Positions 10,922-21,643 of a DNA stretch of 64,000 nucleotides are shown one piece after another. Position numbers and translations under genes: made by a program. Under the pieces are notes generated by a model. It searched no databases. It was not told the DNA's origin and saw only the letters and a program-made list of their open reading frames with translations. Every line of letters starts with the position of its first letter. Within the stretch, counting starts at the first letter, position 1. The stretch covers positions 1 through 64,000 of IMG/VR virus record IMGVR_UViG_3300033146_001759, one strand, 5' to 3'. The DNA comes from a virus.

Positions 10922-12055
10922 ATGTCAGTAATAAATTTAAAAAGTCAAACAGATTTATCAGGTTTTTATATCATATATAAAGGTTCAGTACAAAATGAAA
11001 AATCAGGGAATTTTGGAATTTCACATTTAATGGAACACCTAGTATATAAAAGTATTGATTATTTAATGGATGATTTTGATCGATATGGTATAGCAAACAA
11101 CGCATATACATCAGACACAGAAATCGTTTTTTATATAACAGGGTTAGATGAATATATAAACAAATATAAATCTGAAATTTTAGAAAAACTATTAAAATTC
11201 CAAATAACAGAAGAACAGTTTATAAACGAAAGACAAATCGTATTACAAGAATATGATATGTATTTTGGACAACGAACTGAAAACCATTCTTTAAATTTAA
11301 ATAGAAAATTATTTAATACATATGATGCTATTGGTTATAAACAAGATTTAGAATCATTATCATATAAAGACATTAAAGATTATTTTGAATTACAATTCAC
11401 TAAACCACACACCATAATCAATGTTTCCAAACATAATGATTTTAAAACAGATATTGAATTTTCAAATGCAACATATTCCAATATCATATCATATCAAGAA
11501 ACTCCAAAACAAGAAACTATATATGAACCAATTAACTTAACACCAGGTAAAGTTAGCTTAATTAATGTCAACAAAAATGTTATAATACAAGATTTCCCAT
11601 ATATATCATTCATAACTAGAATGTTAGGACATGGACTTCAAAGTCCACTATACCAAGAAATAAGAGAGAAAAAGGGGTTAGTATATTACGTTAGATGTAG
11701 TTTAGATAGAATGAGCGACAATTCTGGAATATTACATTTTTCTAGTGAAACATCCGAAGATTTAGTTGAAGAATTTCAAAACACATTAAAAGAAATATTA
11801 GACAACCCCAAAAAATATATGACACAAGAAAGGTTTGATATTATATATGATGCCATAAAAATATCTTTAAAAACATCTAAAATAAATAGATATAGTAATG
11901 TAAATAAATACATAACACCAAAAGAATGGCAATCAGAATATATATTACCTAATTTAACATTAAATAAAATAATGGATTATTACGTTAAATATTTTAATTT
12001 TGATGATTTATATTTAAGTATTGATTCTAACGAAACATTTAATAATAAAGCATAA
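10922..12055 (+). CDS. M16 family zinc peptidase
   Basis: GISHLMEHL (HxxEH), NAYTS, ERQIVLQE, SPLYQEIREKKGLVY. Confidence 0.9.
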   Translation: MSVINLKSQTDLSGFYIIYKGSVQNEKSGNFGISHLMEHLVYKSIDYLMDDFDRYGIANNAYTSDTEIVFYITGLDEYINKYKSEILEKLLKFQITEEQFINERQIVLQEYDMYFGQRTENHSLNLNRKLFNTYDAIGYKQDLESLSYKDIKDYFELQFTKPHTIINVSKHNDFKTDIEFSNATYSNIISYQETPKQETIYEPINLTPGKVSLINVNKNVIIQDFPYISFITRMLGHGLQSPLYQEIREKKGLVYYVRCSLDRMSDNSGILHFSSETSEDLVEEFQNTLKEILDNPKKYMTQERFDIIYDAIKISLKTSKINRYSNVNKYITPKEWQSEYILPNLTLNKIMDYYVKYFNFDDLYLSIDSNETFNNKA

Positions 12056-12609
12056 TGATTACGAAACTAAAAATATTTGAAATGAACCACATATCGGAAT
12101 TTGATTTCAATTCATTAGATGATATTAAATATTTTGTGGAAAAAGAAAATGGTGATATTAATAATTTTAATACTCCACTAATTATATATTTTATAAATAA
12201 ATTTAGTTTGAAAGATGATGAAGAGGAAATTTATAAAATAACCAAATACCTATTAAAAAATGGTGCTAACATAAACGCTCAAACCAATTTACACACACCA
12301 TTAATATGTACACTAATTAATGGATTTCATAAAGTTTCAAATTTTTTAATTGATAATGGTGCAGATCCAAACACAAAACCATTAGGAAATGGCACTGATA
12401 CCCCACTACTAAAAGCATTAGTTATTAATAAATTACACAAAACTAAAATAGATCACACCATAATCAAACTAATAAGAAAAGGATCAAAATTACATCATAA
12501 TGAGGTAAAACTTTTAACACCAACACTATTAAAATACATTAAACACATTTTCAGAAAACAATGGAATAAATACGAAAAAGAAAATACTTTAGATAATTTT
12601 AATATTTAA
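12055..12609 (+). CDS. ankyrin-repeat protein with CTS-like start and FNI end
   Basis: LLKNGANIN, TPLI, LIDNGADPN, TPLL; MITKLKIFE...DNFNI*. Confidence 0.8.
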   Translation: MITKLKIFEMNHISEFDFNSLDDIKYFVEKENGDINNFNTPLIIYFINKFSLKDDEEEIYKITKYLLKNGANINAQTNLHTPLICTLINGFHKVSNFLIDNGADPNTKPLGNGTDTPLLKALVINKLHKTKIDHTIIKLIRKGSKLHHNEVKLLTPTLLKYIKHIFRKQWNKYEKENTLDNFNI

Positions 12610-12649
12610 TTTGTATATTGAAATAATTAATTGTATCTTTGCAAAGGAA

Positions 12650-12810
12650 ATCGAAACCACATTAGTTCAGGTAAGGTCCTGATATAAGTGATGAAAAAAA
12701 CATCATCATCTCAGGTCTATGGGAAGTAAATTTATTGATAACCCTAACCCGGTGGTTTAATCAGAATATAACTGAAAAAAACATGTAGGTTCGAGTCCTT
12801 CTATGACAAC
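12650..12810 (+). ncRNA. candidate structured ncRNA with T-loop-like 3' module
   Basis: TTTG-N20-TATCTTTG promoter (12610-12641); AAACCAC/GTGGTTT closing stem, TCAGG/CCTGA, TGATG/CATCA; AGG-TTCGAGT-CCT. Confidence 0.5.
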
Positions 12811-12825
12811 AAAATATTATATCAT

Positions 12826-12978
12826 ATGACAAATAATTTATACCAATACTTAAAAAAAGAATGGATATATTGCAACCACAAAAAATATCATCACTATTTT
12901 GATGGTTGGGTAAATAATTTAACAGAAAACCAAATATATTACTTTAAAATTTATATGAATAAAAATATAATCACATGA
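12826..12978 (+). CDS. small hypothetical protein (50 aa, not in ORF track)
   Basis: MTNNLYQYLKKEWIYCNHKKYHHYFDGWVNNLTENQ... Confidence 0.55.
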   Translation: MTNNLYQYLKKEWIYCNHKKYHHYFDGWVNNLTENQIYYFKIYMNKNIIT

Positions 12979-12988
12979 AAAAAAAAAC

Positions 12989-13405
12989 ATGAAAATAACC
13001 GATGCTATTGATTACTTAAATGGAACAATTTTAGTGAATGAAAAAACATTAGACGAAATAAATCTAATTAAACCAAAAAATTTCGAATTTAAAAAATATA
13101 TTGGTACTTTTTCTACAATATTAATTATTGGGATTATACCTACCGTAACTATATCATTATTTATGACTGATATGTTTATAAAAATTATGATATTATCATT
13201 ATCATTTACATTTTTTACATCATTCTTATCAACAATAGATAATTCGAATGGGTTCATGTTTAATTATATCAGCAATAGCTTAAATATTAATAAATATATC
13301 AACCTATTAGATTATAAGAGGAAAATAGAAAAAGAACTACTTTCAGAAAAAGCACAAATTGATGTATTAAATCATATGTTAAATCACCACCAAACGACAA
13401 TATAA
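12989..13405 (+). CDS. hypothetical membrane protein
   Basis: Two hydrophobic segments. Confidence 0.55.
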   Translation: MKITDAIDYLNGTILVNEKTLDEINLIKPKNFEFKKYIGTFSTILIIGIIPTVTISLFMTDMFIKIMILSLSFTFFTSFLSTIDNSNGFMFNYISNSLNINKYINLLDYKRKIEKELLSEKAQIDVLNHMLNHHQTTI

Positions 13406-13407
13406 AT

Positions 13408-13590
13408 ATGGAAAACAATATACCAGATAAATTAATATTAAACAAATTCACTATCAACAAACCATTTGATTGGGAGTTAGACACAGTACAATTAGAGATA
13501 AATAGTTATGTTTATGATTCAACTAATATTAGCTTAGATGATTTAAAACTATTACACGATTATATAGGAAAAATACTCAAAATTTATTAA
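13408..13590 (+). CDS. hypothetical protein
   Basis: Tightly packed ORF in operon. Confidence 0.5.
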   Translation: MENNIPDKLILNKFTINKPFDWELDTVQLEINSYVYDSTNISLDDLKLLHDYIGKILKIY

Positions 13591-13591
13591 T

Positions 13592-14173
13592 ATGGGAAAA
13601 ATAGGATTATTTATGGGTTCATTTAATCCAATCCATATAGGTCATATGATTATTGCTAATTATATGTTAGAGTTTACTGATTTAGATGAAATATTATTCA
13701 TAGTCAGCCCACAAAACCCATTTAAAGAAAATTCAGAACTTTCTCCTGAACAACACAGATTAGAAATGGTAAAAATAGCAATATCCAACTCAAAAAATAT
13801 GAGTGTGTCAGATATTGAGTTTAAAATGAAAAAACCATCTTATACAATAGATACATTAAAAAAATTAATAGGAGATTCATTAGATGAATATTTTTTAATT
13901 ATAGGATCTGATAATTTAATAATTTTTGAAAATTGGCATAAATATAAAGAAATTTTAAAATTAGTTGACTTATATGTTTATAATAGAAAAGGATATAATT
14001 ATATTAACATTGATTTTATCAATAAATATAATATTAAAATCTTCAATAATTGCCCTGAAATAGAAATGTCGTCAACTTTCATAAGAAAAAACACTATAAC
14101 TAAAAATCTTAAATATTTCCTTCCTGGAAATGTTTATGAATATATGAATAAACACAACTTATATAAAAAATAA
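13592..14173 (+). CDS. nadD: nicotinate-nucleotide adenylyltransferase
   Basis: GSFNPIHIGH, SYTIDTL, IIGSDN, MSSTFIR. Confidence 0.92.
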   Translation: MGKIGLFMGSFNPIHIGHMIIANYMLEFTDLDEILFIVSPQNPFKENSELSPEQHRLEMVKIAISNSKNMSVSDIEFKMKKPSYTIDTLKKLIGDSLDEYFLIIGSDNLIIFENWHKYKEILKLVDLYVYNRKGYNYINIDFINKYNIKIFNNCPEIEMSSTFIRKNTITKNLKYFLPGNVYEYMNKHNLYKK

Positions 14174-14182
14174 TTAAAAAAC

Positions 14183-15010
14183 ATGAATATATTTAAAAAA
14201 TATTTAGCGAACAACTTAGCAATAGCATATAAAAATAAAAATTATATTGATTTTATTAAACTATATAAAAGAATAACTAAATTAGATAATAATTTCTATT
14301 ATAGATTATTTGATATGAAAGAAGATGAAATATCAATATTATTAAATATTGATGTGAAATTTGTAATAAATAATATAGATAATTTTATGTGTAAATATAA
14401 CAGACTTATCATCACCTCTGCATTAAAATACAATAAGATAAAATATAATTATTTATTATCTAATACATCATTAACAATAAATGATTTTTATCAAATATTA
14501 CTCGAATTAGACGACAAAGAATATTTTGATGAAAATATTAGTTTAATCCAAATTAAAGACGTAACCGAAGATAGTTCATATATTTCACTAAAATACTATT
14601 TTGATAATATAGTATATTTTGATAGTTGGGAAAATAAAACATTATTTATATACAATAAACTTCTACATAATAGACAATTTTTAGAATGGTTTATATTACC
14701 AGAAGATATTATAAAAATTGAAAATTTTGAAAATTTAAATAAATGTTCATTATATTGTGATGCATATAATGAAAAACATATTATACAATTTTTAAAATCT
14801 TTAACACACCAATCACTATACAATAAATATCTTTTAAAAAAAATAAAAAAAATAGACATGGATAATATTCAAATTTATGGCATTGTTATGGATATTTTGA
14901 ATTGTACACCAACAGAATGTTTAGCAACTATTTTAGTTAAAACAGATTTAACAATAAAAGAAAAACAAGAAATATTATTATTAAAAACAAGAAAATCATG
15001 TTCAATATAA
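14183..15010 (+). CDS. hypothetical protein
   Basis: 275-aa ORF in operon. Confidence 0.6.
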   Translation: MNIFKKYLANNLAIAYKNKNYIDFIKLYKRITKLDNNFYYRLFDMKEDEISILLNIDVKFVINNIDNFMCKYNRLIITSALKYNKIKYNYLLSNTSLTINDFYQILLELDDKEYFDENISLIQIKDVTEDSSYISLKYYFDNIVYFDSWENKTLFIYNKLLHNRQFLEWFILPEDIIKIENFENLNKCSLYCDAYNEKHIIQFLKSLTHQSLYNKYLLKKIKKIDMDNIQIYGIVMDILNCTPTECLATILVKTDLTIKEKQEILLLKTRKSCSI

Positions 15011-15339
15011 AACCTATATTTTATTTATATTTAAGTATATTTTCGTTAATATTATTTATTGGATTTCTCACATATGATCAAAAATATACATATATAATAT
15101 TTATTAGTTTTTTAACTACAATTTTATTTGGTAATTTACATGGTTATTCAACAGAAAAATTAAAATGGAACAATGGTATTTGTAAAAAAACCAATAAACC
15201 ATGGGAATTTATAGATTATGATGAACTACAAGATGAATCATATATTTTTACATTTAAATCAGAAACTCATACATATTCTTCACAATATTTACATTATGAT
15301 TTATTAAAAAAACAATACAAAGGAAAAAACAAATTATAA
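14998..15339 (+). CDS. hypothetical membrane protein
   Basis: Two TM segments then EKLKWNNGIC...PW. Confidence 0.55.
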   Translation: MFNIKPIFYLYLSIFSLILFIGFLTYDQKYTYIIFISFLTTILFGNLHGYSTEKLKWNNGICKKTNKPWEFIDYDELQDESYIFTFKSETHTYSSQYLHYDLLKKQYKGKNKL

Positions 15340-15340
15340 T

Positions 15341-15805
15341 ATGGGAAAATTAAAAATAAAAAACGAAATTTCATTAAAAAATAAAAAAGCATTTTTTAAT
15401 TATGAAATATTAGAGGTATTTGAAGCAGGAATAGTATTAGTTGGTTCTGAAGTAAAATCCATTAGAAATAGTAATGTTAGTTTTACAGATTCATATTGTA
15501 TTTTTAATAATGATACAGAATTATTTTTAAAAAATCTACATATAGACACATATAAAAATACATCATATAATGAACATGATCCAAAAAGAGAAAGAAAGTT
15601 ATTACTAACCAAAAAAGAGTTACTTAAACTTAATGAAAAGGTCAAAAAACAAGGAATAACAATACTACCACTAAAAATATATTTTAAAAATGGAAAAGTA
15701 AAAATAAATATAGGTCTAGCCAGAGGTAAAAAACAACACGACAAAAGAGAATCAATTAAAGAAAAAGACATTAAACGAGAATTAGATAGAAATATTAAAC
15801 GATGA
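15341..15805 (+). CDS. smpB: SsrA-binding protein
   Basis: NKKAFFNY, EAGIVLVGSEVKSIR, HDPKRERKLLL, ARGKKQHDKRE. Confidence 0.95.
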   Translation: MGKLKIKNEISLKNKKAFFNYEILEVFEAGIVLVGSEVKSIRNSNVSFTDSYCIFNNDTELFLKNLHIDTYKNTSYNEHDPKRERKLLLTKKELLKLNEKVKKQGITILPLKIYFKNGKVKINIGLARGKKQHDKRESIKEKDIKRELDRNIKR

Positions 15806-16128
15806 TACCAACAACATTCACATTAAATATTTTCCATGAAGATAAGCAACAAATAATAAACCACATATCTGATCATTATGATTTATCTATATTCAAAAAT
15901 ATTAATAAATAAGAAAAAATTATAAACCAAGTAACAATTTTTTTGATTTTTTTCAATAATAATAATATTTTTAATGATAAATTAACAATATACATAAAAA
16001 ACAATAAATATAATGGGTTTGATAAAGACTTCTTAAACACAGAACAATTAGAAACCATTATCAACAGTAAAACATTTATCAATAAATTAAGAGTACTAAA
16101 ATTAAAATCTATTTTAAAATATGATTAA
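15802..16128 (+). pseudogene. small protein with in-frame TAA (15910-15912), ends RVLKLKSIL
   Basis: ATG overlapping the smpB stop is in frame with ORF 15943-16128. Confidence 0.5.
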
Positions 16129-16402
16129 TAATACAACATTAAATACATTACAATCAAAAATGAATATTTTTGATAAAAACATTAAACTATTATTAATAGA
16201 TGAAGATACATCTTTAATAGCATTATATAGAAATAAAATATATCAAACAAATATTAGAACATTAAATAGTTCAGACAATAATTATATATTAAATAGTAAT
16301 ATAAATATAATAGAAAAATTAATCAACATAATTAAAAATGATCAATTTTATTTAAGAAGTAATAAATTAAGAACAATTTTAAAAAAAAACAAAAACATTT
16401 AA
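16121..16402 (+). CDS. small protein with C-terminal RSNKLRTIL motif
   Basis: ORF with shared C-terminal motif. Confidence 0.55.
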   Translation: MINNTTLNTLQSKMNIFDKNIKLLLIDEDTSLIALYRNKIYQTNIRTLNSSDNNYILNSNINIIEKLINIIKNDQFYLRSNKLRTILKKNKNI

Positions 16403-16707
16403 TATCATGAATATAAAAAATACTAAAAACAATATAGAAAAGTATATATCATTATCAGATAAACCACTTGACTATAAAACAATAAATTCTACTGATTTCT
16501 TTATAAGACAATATAAAAAAACAAACAACTAACAAAAACATTCCATAATAATGATGGTGATGTACTTGATATTATTATTAGTTTAGATAATTTAATAACA
16601 ACAATAGCAAATTATAGATATGATATTGTTAGAAACATTAAATTATGAAGAAGATGATAAATACCACATTGCACACAAATTTTTAAAATAAAATAAAACA
16701 TATAATT

Positions 16708-17568
16708 ATGAACGTATTAAGCTTATTTGATGGTATGAGTGGTGGCCAAATAGCACTCAATCAATTAAACATTAAAGTAGATAAATATTTCTCTTCTGAA
16801 ATAGATAAATTTACTATCAAAGTCACACAAGAAAATTACCCTAACACAATACAAATTGGTGATATTAAAGATGTTGATACCAACAAATTACCGAAAATTG
16901 ATTTATTGATTGGTGGTTCACCATGTCAAGGTTTTTCATTTGCTGGAAAACAATTAAATTTTGAAGACCCAAGAAGTAAATTATTTTTTGAATATGCTAG
17001 AATACTTAAAGAAATAAAACCAAAATATTTTTTACTCGAAAATGTTAAAATGAAAAAAGAATATCAAGACATTATCACTGAATACTTAGGAGTTGAACCA
17101 ATTTCAATAAATAGTGAATTTTTTTCTGCACAACGAAGAGAACGATTATTTTGGACAAATATTAAAATAAATGAATTACCAAATGAAAATAAAACCACAA
17201 TTTCCGATATATTAGAACCAAAATTCAGTAATAATCTTTTAATAGATAAATGTAGAATAAAAAACTATTGGATAACTAAAAATTATTTTCAATATGATAT
17301 TAGTGGAAAAAAACACAAATCACAAGATCAACGAGCATACTTTGAATATAGTAAACATGGTACTCTTCAAGCACATGGTGCAAGTAGTAAAGTGAAAGTT
17401 TATTATAATAATGGATTTATTCGAAAATTAACACCAATAGAATGTGAGAGACTACAAACAGTACCAGATAATTATACTAACTTTGTATCAAACTCACAAA
17501 GATATAAAATGTTAGGTAATGGTTGGACTATTGAAGTCATTAAACATATTTTAAAAAATATTAAATAA
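16708..17568 (+). CDS. DNA cytosine-5 methyltransferase
   Basis: SLFDG, GGSPCQGFS, LLENV, QRRER, LTPIECERLQ, GNG. Confidence 0.93.
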   Translation: MNVLSLFDGMSGGQIALNQLNIKVDKYFSSEIDKFTIKVTQENYPNTIQIGDIKDVDTNKLPKIDLLIGGSPCQGFSFAGKQLNFEDPRSKLFFEYARILKEIKPKYFLLENVKMKKEYQDIITEYLGVEPISINSEFFSAQRRERLFWTNIKINELPNENKTTISDILEPKFSNNLLIDKCRIKNYWITKNYFQYDISGKKHKSQDQRAYFEYSKHGTLQAHGASSKVKVYYNNGFIRKLTPIECERLQTVPDNYTNFVSNSQRYKMLGNGWTIEVIKHILKNIK

Positions 17569-17636
17569 ATAATAAATAAATATATATCGTAATGATTTTT
17601 TATTTACCTTTGTATCACATTAAACAAGTATAAAAT

Positions 17637-18878
17637 ATGAATATAAAACAACAGTGTGAACAATATTTAAAATACAAATATGAATATTACATTATTGGTG
17701 AATCTAGTATTAGTGATTATGAATTTGATGTATTTGAACAAGACTTAATTAAAACCAATGATAGTTTAGCACTACAAGTAACAAATCTTGTTGATTTCCC
17801 ATCATTAAAAACAATAAAAAGTATTGGTTTAAATATTGAAAATATAGCACCCACATATAAAGTAAAACGTGATGATGCTGATTATAAACACTCAACATTG
17901 ATGCTTTCAACACAAAAAATTCAAGTTAACGATGAAGACAATTTACCATTACACGAAGTTAATCTATTTTTAAATAGAACACAATCACCTTATTATGAAT
18001 GTGGACCAAAATATGATGGAAATGGATTAGATGTTTTATATATAAATGGTAAATTAGAAAAAATATTAACTCGTGGGGATAAATTATATGGTAAAGATAA
18101 AACTAAAAAACTTAGCTTATTAGTACCATCAACAATCCCAATGAAAGGTAATATTGAAGTTAGAGGGGAAGTTGTAGTAAATGAAAAATATTGGAAAGAA
18201 TTTTTCTCAAGAAATGACCCAAATAATCCTGATAATGCAAGAAATTGGGTTGCTGGAATAATATCCAAAGAAAATTATTATATTGAGGAATTAAATGAAT
18301 TAGTTTTTGTTGCGTTTTCTATGGTTGAAGTTAAAAACGAAAAACCAAACTATATAGAAAATGAAATAATAAAATTAAAGGAAAATGGATTCAACAAAAA
18401 CCATGATCCATTCATGATTAAAATCAAAGGAATTAATGATTTTAAAGATATGTATTTTAAATATAAAAAATATAGAGATGATTGTGAATTTATGTTAGAT
18501 GGTATTGTTATTAAATACCCAGAACATATAAGAAATAGTCTTGGTGTAAACAATAAGTATCCTAAATGGTCTGTTGCTATAAAATTCATCCCAGATGTAG
18601 TTAAGACAATGATTAAAGAGATTATTTGGTCATTGGGTAAAGATGGTCATTTAACCCCAATCGCTATCTTAGAGCCAGTAGAATTACTTGGTACAATGGT
18701 TAGAAAAGCAAGTTTAGCAAACTTAGGTAATATTCAAAGACGTGGTGCTTATCCTGGTGCAATAGTTTCCCTTAAAAAAAGTGGAGAAATCATACCAATG
18801 ATTATAGATGTTTTAGTTAAAAGTCCAAAACACGATATATACGAAAAAGAATTAAATGATTATTTATTAACACATTAA
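17637..18878 (+). CDS. ligA: NAD+-dependent DNA ligase, short form
   Basis: YY...ISDYEFD, KYDG, TRGD, EVRGE, DGIVIK, VAIKF, TPIA.LEPV, SGEIIP. Confidence 0.9.
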   Translation: MNIKQQCEQYLKYKYEYYIIGESSISDYEFDVFEQDLIKTNDSLALQVTNLVDFPSLKTIKSIGLNIENIAPTYKVKRDDADYKHSTLMLSTQKIQVNDEDNLPLHEVNLFLNRTQSPYYECGPKYDGNGLDVLYINGKLEKILTRGDKLYGKDKTKKLSLLVPSTIPMKGNIEVRGEVVVNEKYWKEFFSRNDPNNPDNARNWVAGIISKENYYIEELNELVFVAFSMVEVKNEKPNYIENEIIKLKENGFNKNHDPFMIKIKGINDFKDMYFKYKKYRDDCEFMLDGIVIKYPEHIRNSLGVNNKYPKWSVAIKFIPDVVKTMIKEIIWSLGKDGHLTPIAILEPVELLGTMVRKASLANLGNIQRRGAYPGAIVSLKKSGEIIPMIIDVLVKSPKHDIYEKELNDYLLTH

Positions 18879-18888
18879 AATCATCAAT

Positions 18889-19200
18889 ATGCCATATCTT
18901 AGTGAAAAAATAAAAATCTCTGGTACGAAACACGACAGAAGAATAAAATTAACACAAGAAGAAAGAATTGAGATATTTAATAGTAATTTATCTCAACGCA
19001 AACTTGCTGCAATTTATAATGTCAGCAGAAGCCTTATTCGGTTTATAAAAGACCCAGAAAAAGCTAAAAGAAATTATCAACTCAGATTACAACGAGGTGG
19101 ATCCAAACAATATTATAATAAAGAATATTCTACATTAAAAACAAGAGAACATAGACAATATAAACAACAATTATTTATAAACAACGAAATATCTAATTAA
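18889..19200 (+). CDS. helix-turn-helix protein
   Basis: LSQRKLAAIYNVSRSLIRFI. Confidence 0.7.
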   Translation: MPYLSEKIKISGTKHDRRIKLTQEERIEIFNSNLSQRKLAAIYNVSRSLIRFIKDPEKAKRNYQLRLQRGGSKQYYNKEYSTLKTREHRQYKQQLFINNEISN

Positions 19201-19202
19201 AT

Positions 19203-19454
19203 ATGAAAAATAAAATAGACCGTGCTGTTGACACTTATTTCAAAAATAATGAAATAAACTCAAATGATTTATCTCACGTAAAAGATATAGCAAAATCTAT
19301 ACTATATGATAAATTTAATGTAATGCACGGTGGTGGATTCGTAAAAGCTTTTAATTTAAATAATTTATTGATGACTTTTCAAAAAGCTGATTTAACAATA
19401 TTAGATGCTATACCATACTTAGTAAAAATGACACAAAATATAGAAATCAAATAA
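19203..19454 (+). CDS. hypothetical protein
   Basis: GGGFVKAF...FQKAD. Confidence 0.55.
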   Translation: MKNKIDRAVDTYFKNNEINSNDLSHVKDIAKSILYDKFNVMHGGGFVKAFNLNNLLMTFQKADLTILDAIPYLVKMTQNIEIK

Positions 19455-19476
19455 TAAACTTTAAATAATATAAATT

Positions 19477-19734
19477 ATGGGAAAATACATTAACACAAAC
19501 AGTAAAGGTGAAGTACTACCAACAATCAACAAAGCAAAAGAGTTAATTAAAGATGGTGCAAAAATGGTTAGTGATGAAAAATTTTTAGAAAATATGGTAT
19601 GTGTTGTTGAAAATGCATGGTTTGATGCAGCAGCATATGCTTATAGTGAAAAAGAATTTTTATTATTTAAAGAACCAGATGGAAGGAAAAAAACGTGGTT
19701 AATATATCCACTCGCACCTAAATTAGCACAGTAA
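19477..19734 (+). CDS. hypothetical protein
   Basis: VCVVENAWFDAAAY...DGRKKTWL. Confidence 0.6.
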   Translation: MGKYINTNSKGEVLPTINKAKELIKDGAKMVSDEKFLENMVCVVENAWFDAAAYAYSEKEFLLFKEPDGRKKTWLIYPLAPKLAQ

Positions 19735-19754
19735 TTTTTATAGTAGTAAAAGAT

Positions 19755-19976
19755 TTATTTCAATGTAATTATAGCAGAAATTATTTTTTTACTACTATAT
19801 TTTTTTATTTCCAAAATATTATCATATTTGGTTTTTTTAATATCTTCTATTATGAAATCTATTGCTAAATATGATTCAAAAAATATTTCAACATAATTTT
19901 CATCTTTACTATCCATTTTATATGCTTTTATATCAAACCCAGCATCCTTTAAATATTTTTTGACTATCTCCTTCAT
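19755..19976 (-). CDS. hypothetical protein
   Basis: 73-aa ORF. Confidence 0.45.
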   Translation of the reverse strand: MKEIVKKYLKDAGFDIKAYKMDSKDENYVEIFFESYLAIDFIIEDIKKTKYDNILEIKKYSSKKIISAIITLK

Positions 19977-20185
19977 CTTTTTTATTCTTTTTTATGGCTA
20001 TGTTTATCATAACCAATTAACTCGTAGCATAATTAACAATATTTTTCAATAAATTCACTTCATCAAATAATAAGACATATAATACATTAATAGATTTATG
20101 TTCAACGTTTTTAAATAACTGTTTATTTGCTGCTTGTTTCATAGTAATATATATTAAATAAATAAATCATTTATTTATATACATA

Positions 20186-21535
20186 TCAATTATTATACCA
20201 TTCATTTTCATATTTCTTAATAACTAAATACATTTCATCTTGTAAAAATTCTCCTAAATCATAAAGAAAAAACTTTATAGTATCAGATATATCATCTTTC
20301 CATATCTCTGTTCCATCTATAAGATCAAATATTTTATCAAAATCTATTATTTTTAAAAAATTATCATTACTTTTTAAATTATAAATATAATTATATTTAA
20401 AGAACTCATTATCTGATATTATCATTTCACTGAGCTTAGTTTTTATAGCTGAAAATGTTGATTTTAAATATTTTTTTATTTCTGGTATATTATAATAATT
20501 ATTAATAAAATCACCATTTTTATCATATGAATTATATTTACTACTACTTAATATTTTATTAAGATAATCATCAACATACTTTTTCATTTTTTTATTAATA
20601 TCATCATTAAATTGTTTTTGTGTTGTTTTACCAATATATAATTTATATTCTAAATATTCTTTAATTGTTTTCGTATTATGCTTAACCATATCATCAGATA
20701 ACATCTTTAAAATATTTCGAGAGATTATGTTTGTAGTAGATCTCATATTATGTATATCAGCACCAATACTATTTTCTAAATCTCTTGCAAAAACCCTATT
20801 TTGATATTTAATATGTTTTTCATAATCAATTATCCTATTTTTTATAGAATATAACTCTTTATCAGAATATTCACCTGTTAAATAATCATATAATTTTTTT
20901 TCATTTTCTATATCTTTTACTATATATAATGCCCCAATTTTATATATATAATCTAATGATTTATAGTCATCATCATCAATAATTTCTTTTGGTGAAATTT
21001 TTCTATTTTTATTACCACTATTAAAATATTTTTCATCATCATAAAAATTTATTTCAATGTTTAACTTTTTTGCATTTTCAATAATATCTTTATATAATTC
21101 TTTCTTTGAATTTAATATATCAATAGATATTATATATTCATTAATATTTTTTATTTCATCTTTATTAGATATTAATCTTTCTTCCATTTCATCAAGACTA
21201 GTATTATTTATCATTGATTTAACATCTCTTGGAGCATTCCAATAATCTATATTTATTATTTTATTATTATAATTTAATTTTTTTCCATCAAATTTAATTC
21301 TAACAGCACCATCAAATGAAAACCTATTTCCATATCCATGTTTTATAGATTTAGTTCTAGTCAAAGAAAAAAAGTACATCTTATTATTATTTTTATTATT
21401 ATCTGCAACAGATCCTATTGAACTTGTTAAATATAATTTATTTGTTTCAAGAATATTCTTCAATCTTCTAATATTTGTAAAATGATATAATATATCAGTC
21501 GCTTTTTCTAATATAAAATTATTAAATTTTTTCAT
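20186..21535 (-). CDS. putative internal head protein, possible ART-like N-terminal domain
   Basis: MKKFNNFILE; LYHFT..L.NIL, FFSLTR, EMEER; late promoter upstream. Confidence 0.45.
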   Translation of the reverse strand: MKKFNNFILEKATDILYHFTNIRRLKNILETNKLYLTSSIGSVADNNKNNNKMYFFSLTRTKSIKHGYGNRFSFDGAVRIKFDGKKLNYNNKIINIDYWNAPRDVKSMINNTSLDEMEERLISNKDEIKNINEYIISIDILNSKKELYKDIIENAKKLNIEINFYDDEKYFNSGNKNRKISPKEIIDDDDYKSLDYIYKIGALYIVKDIENEKKLYDYLTGEYSDKELYSIKNRIIDYEKHIKYQNRVFARDLENSIGADIHNMRSTTNIISRNILKMLSDDMVKHNTKTIKEYLEYKLYIGKTTQKQFNDDINKKMKKYVDDYLNKILSSSKYNSYDKNGDFINNYYNIPEIKKYLKSTFSAIKTKLSEMIISDNEFFKYNYIYNLKSNDNFLKIIDFDKIFDLIDGTEIWKDDISDTIKFFLYDLGEFLQDEMYLVIKKYENEWYNN

Positions 21536-21643
21536 ATCCTATATATAATTTTTTCATATCATTTTTTAAGAAAAAACAGATTTTTATTTTAATATATATA
21601 ATAAATAAACTTAAAAAAGTAAAAAAAAAATAATTTTAAAATT

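Noticed and set aside
12775-12812. GGTTCGAGTCC as a canonical tRNA or tmRNA 3' end
   Set aside because: No complementary acceptor 5' strand, D/anticodon arms or CCA; kept only as an ncRNA candidate
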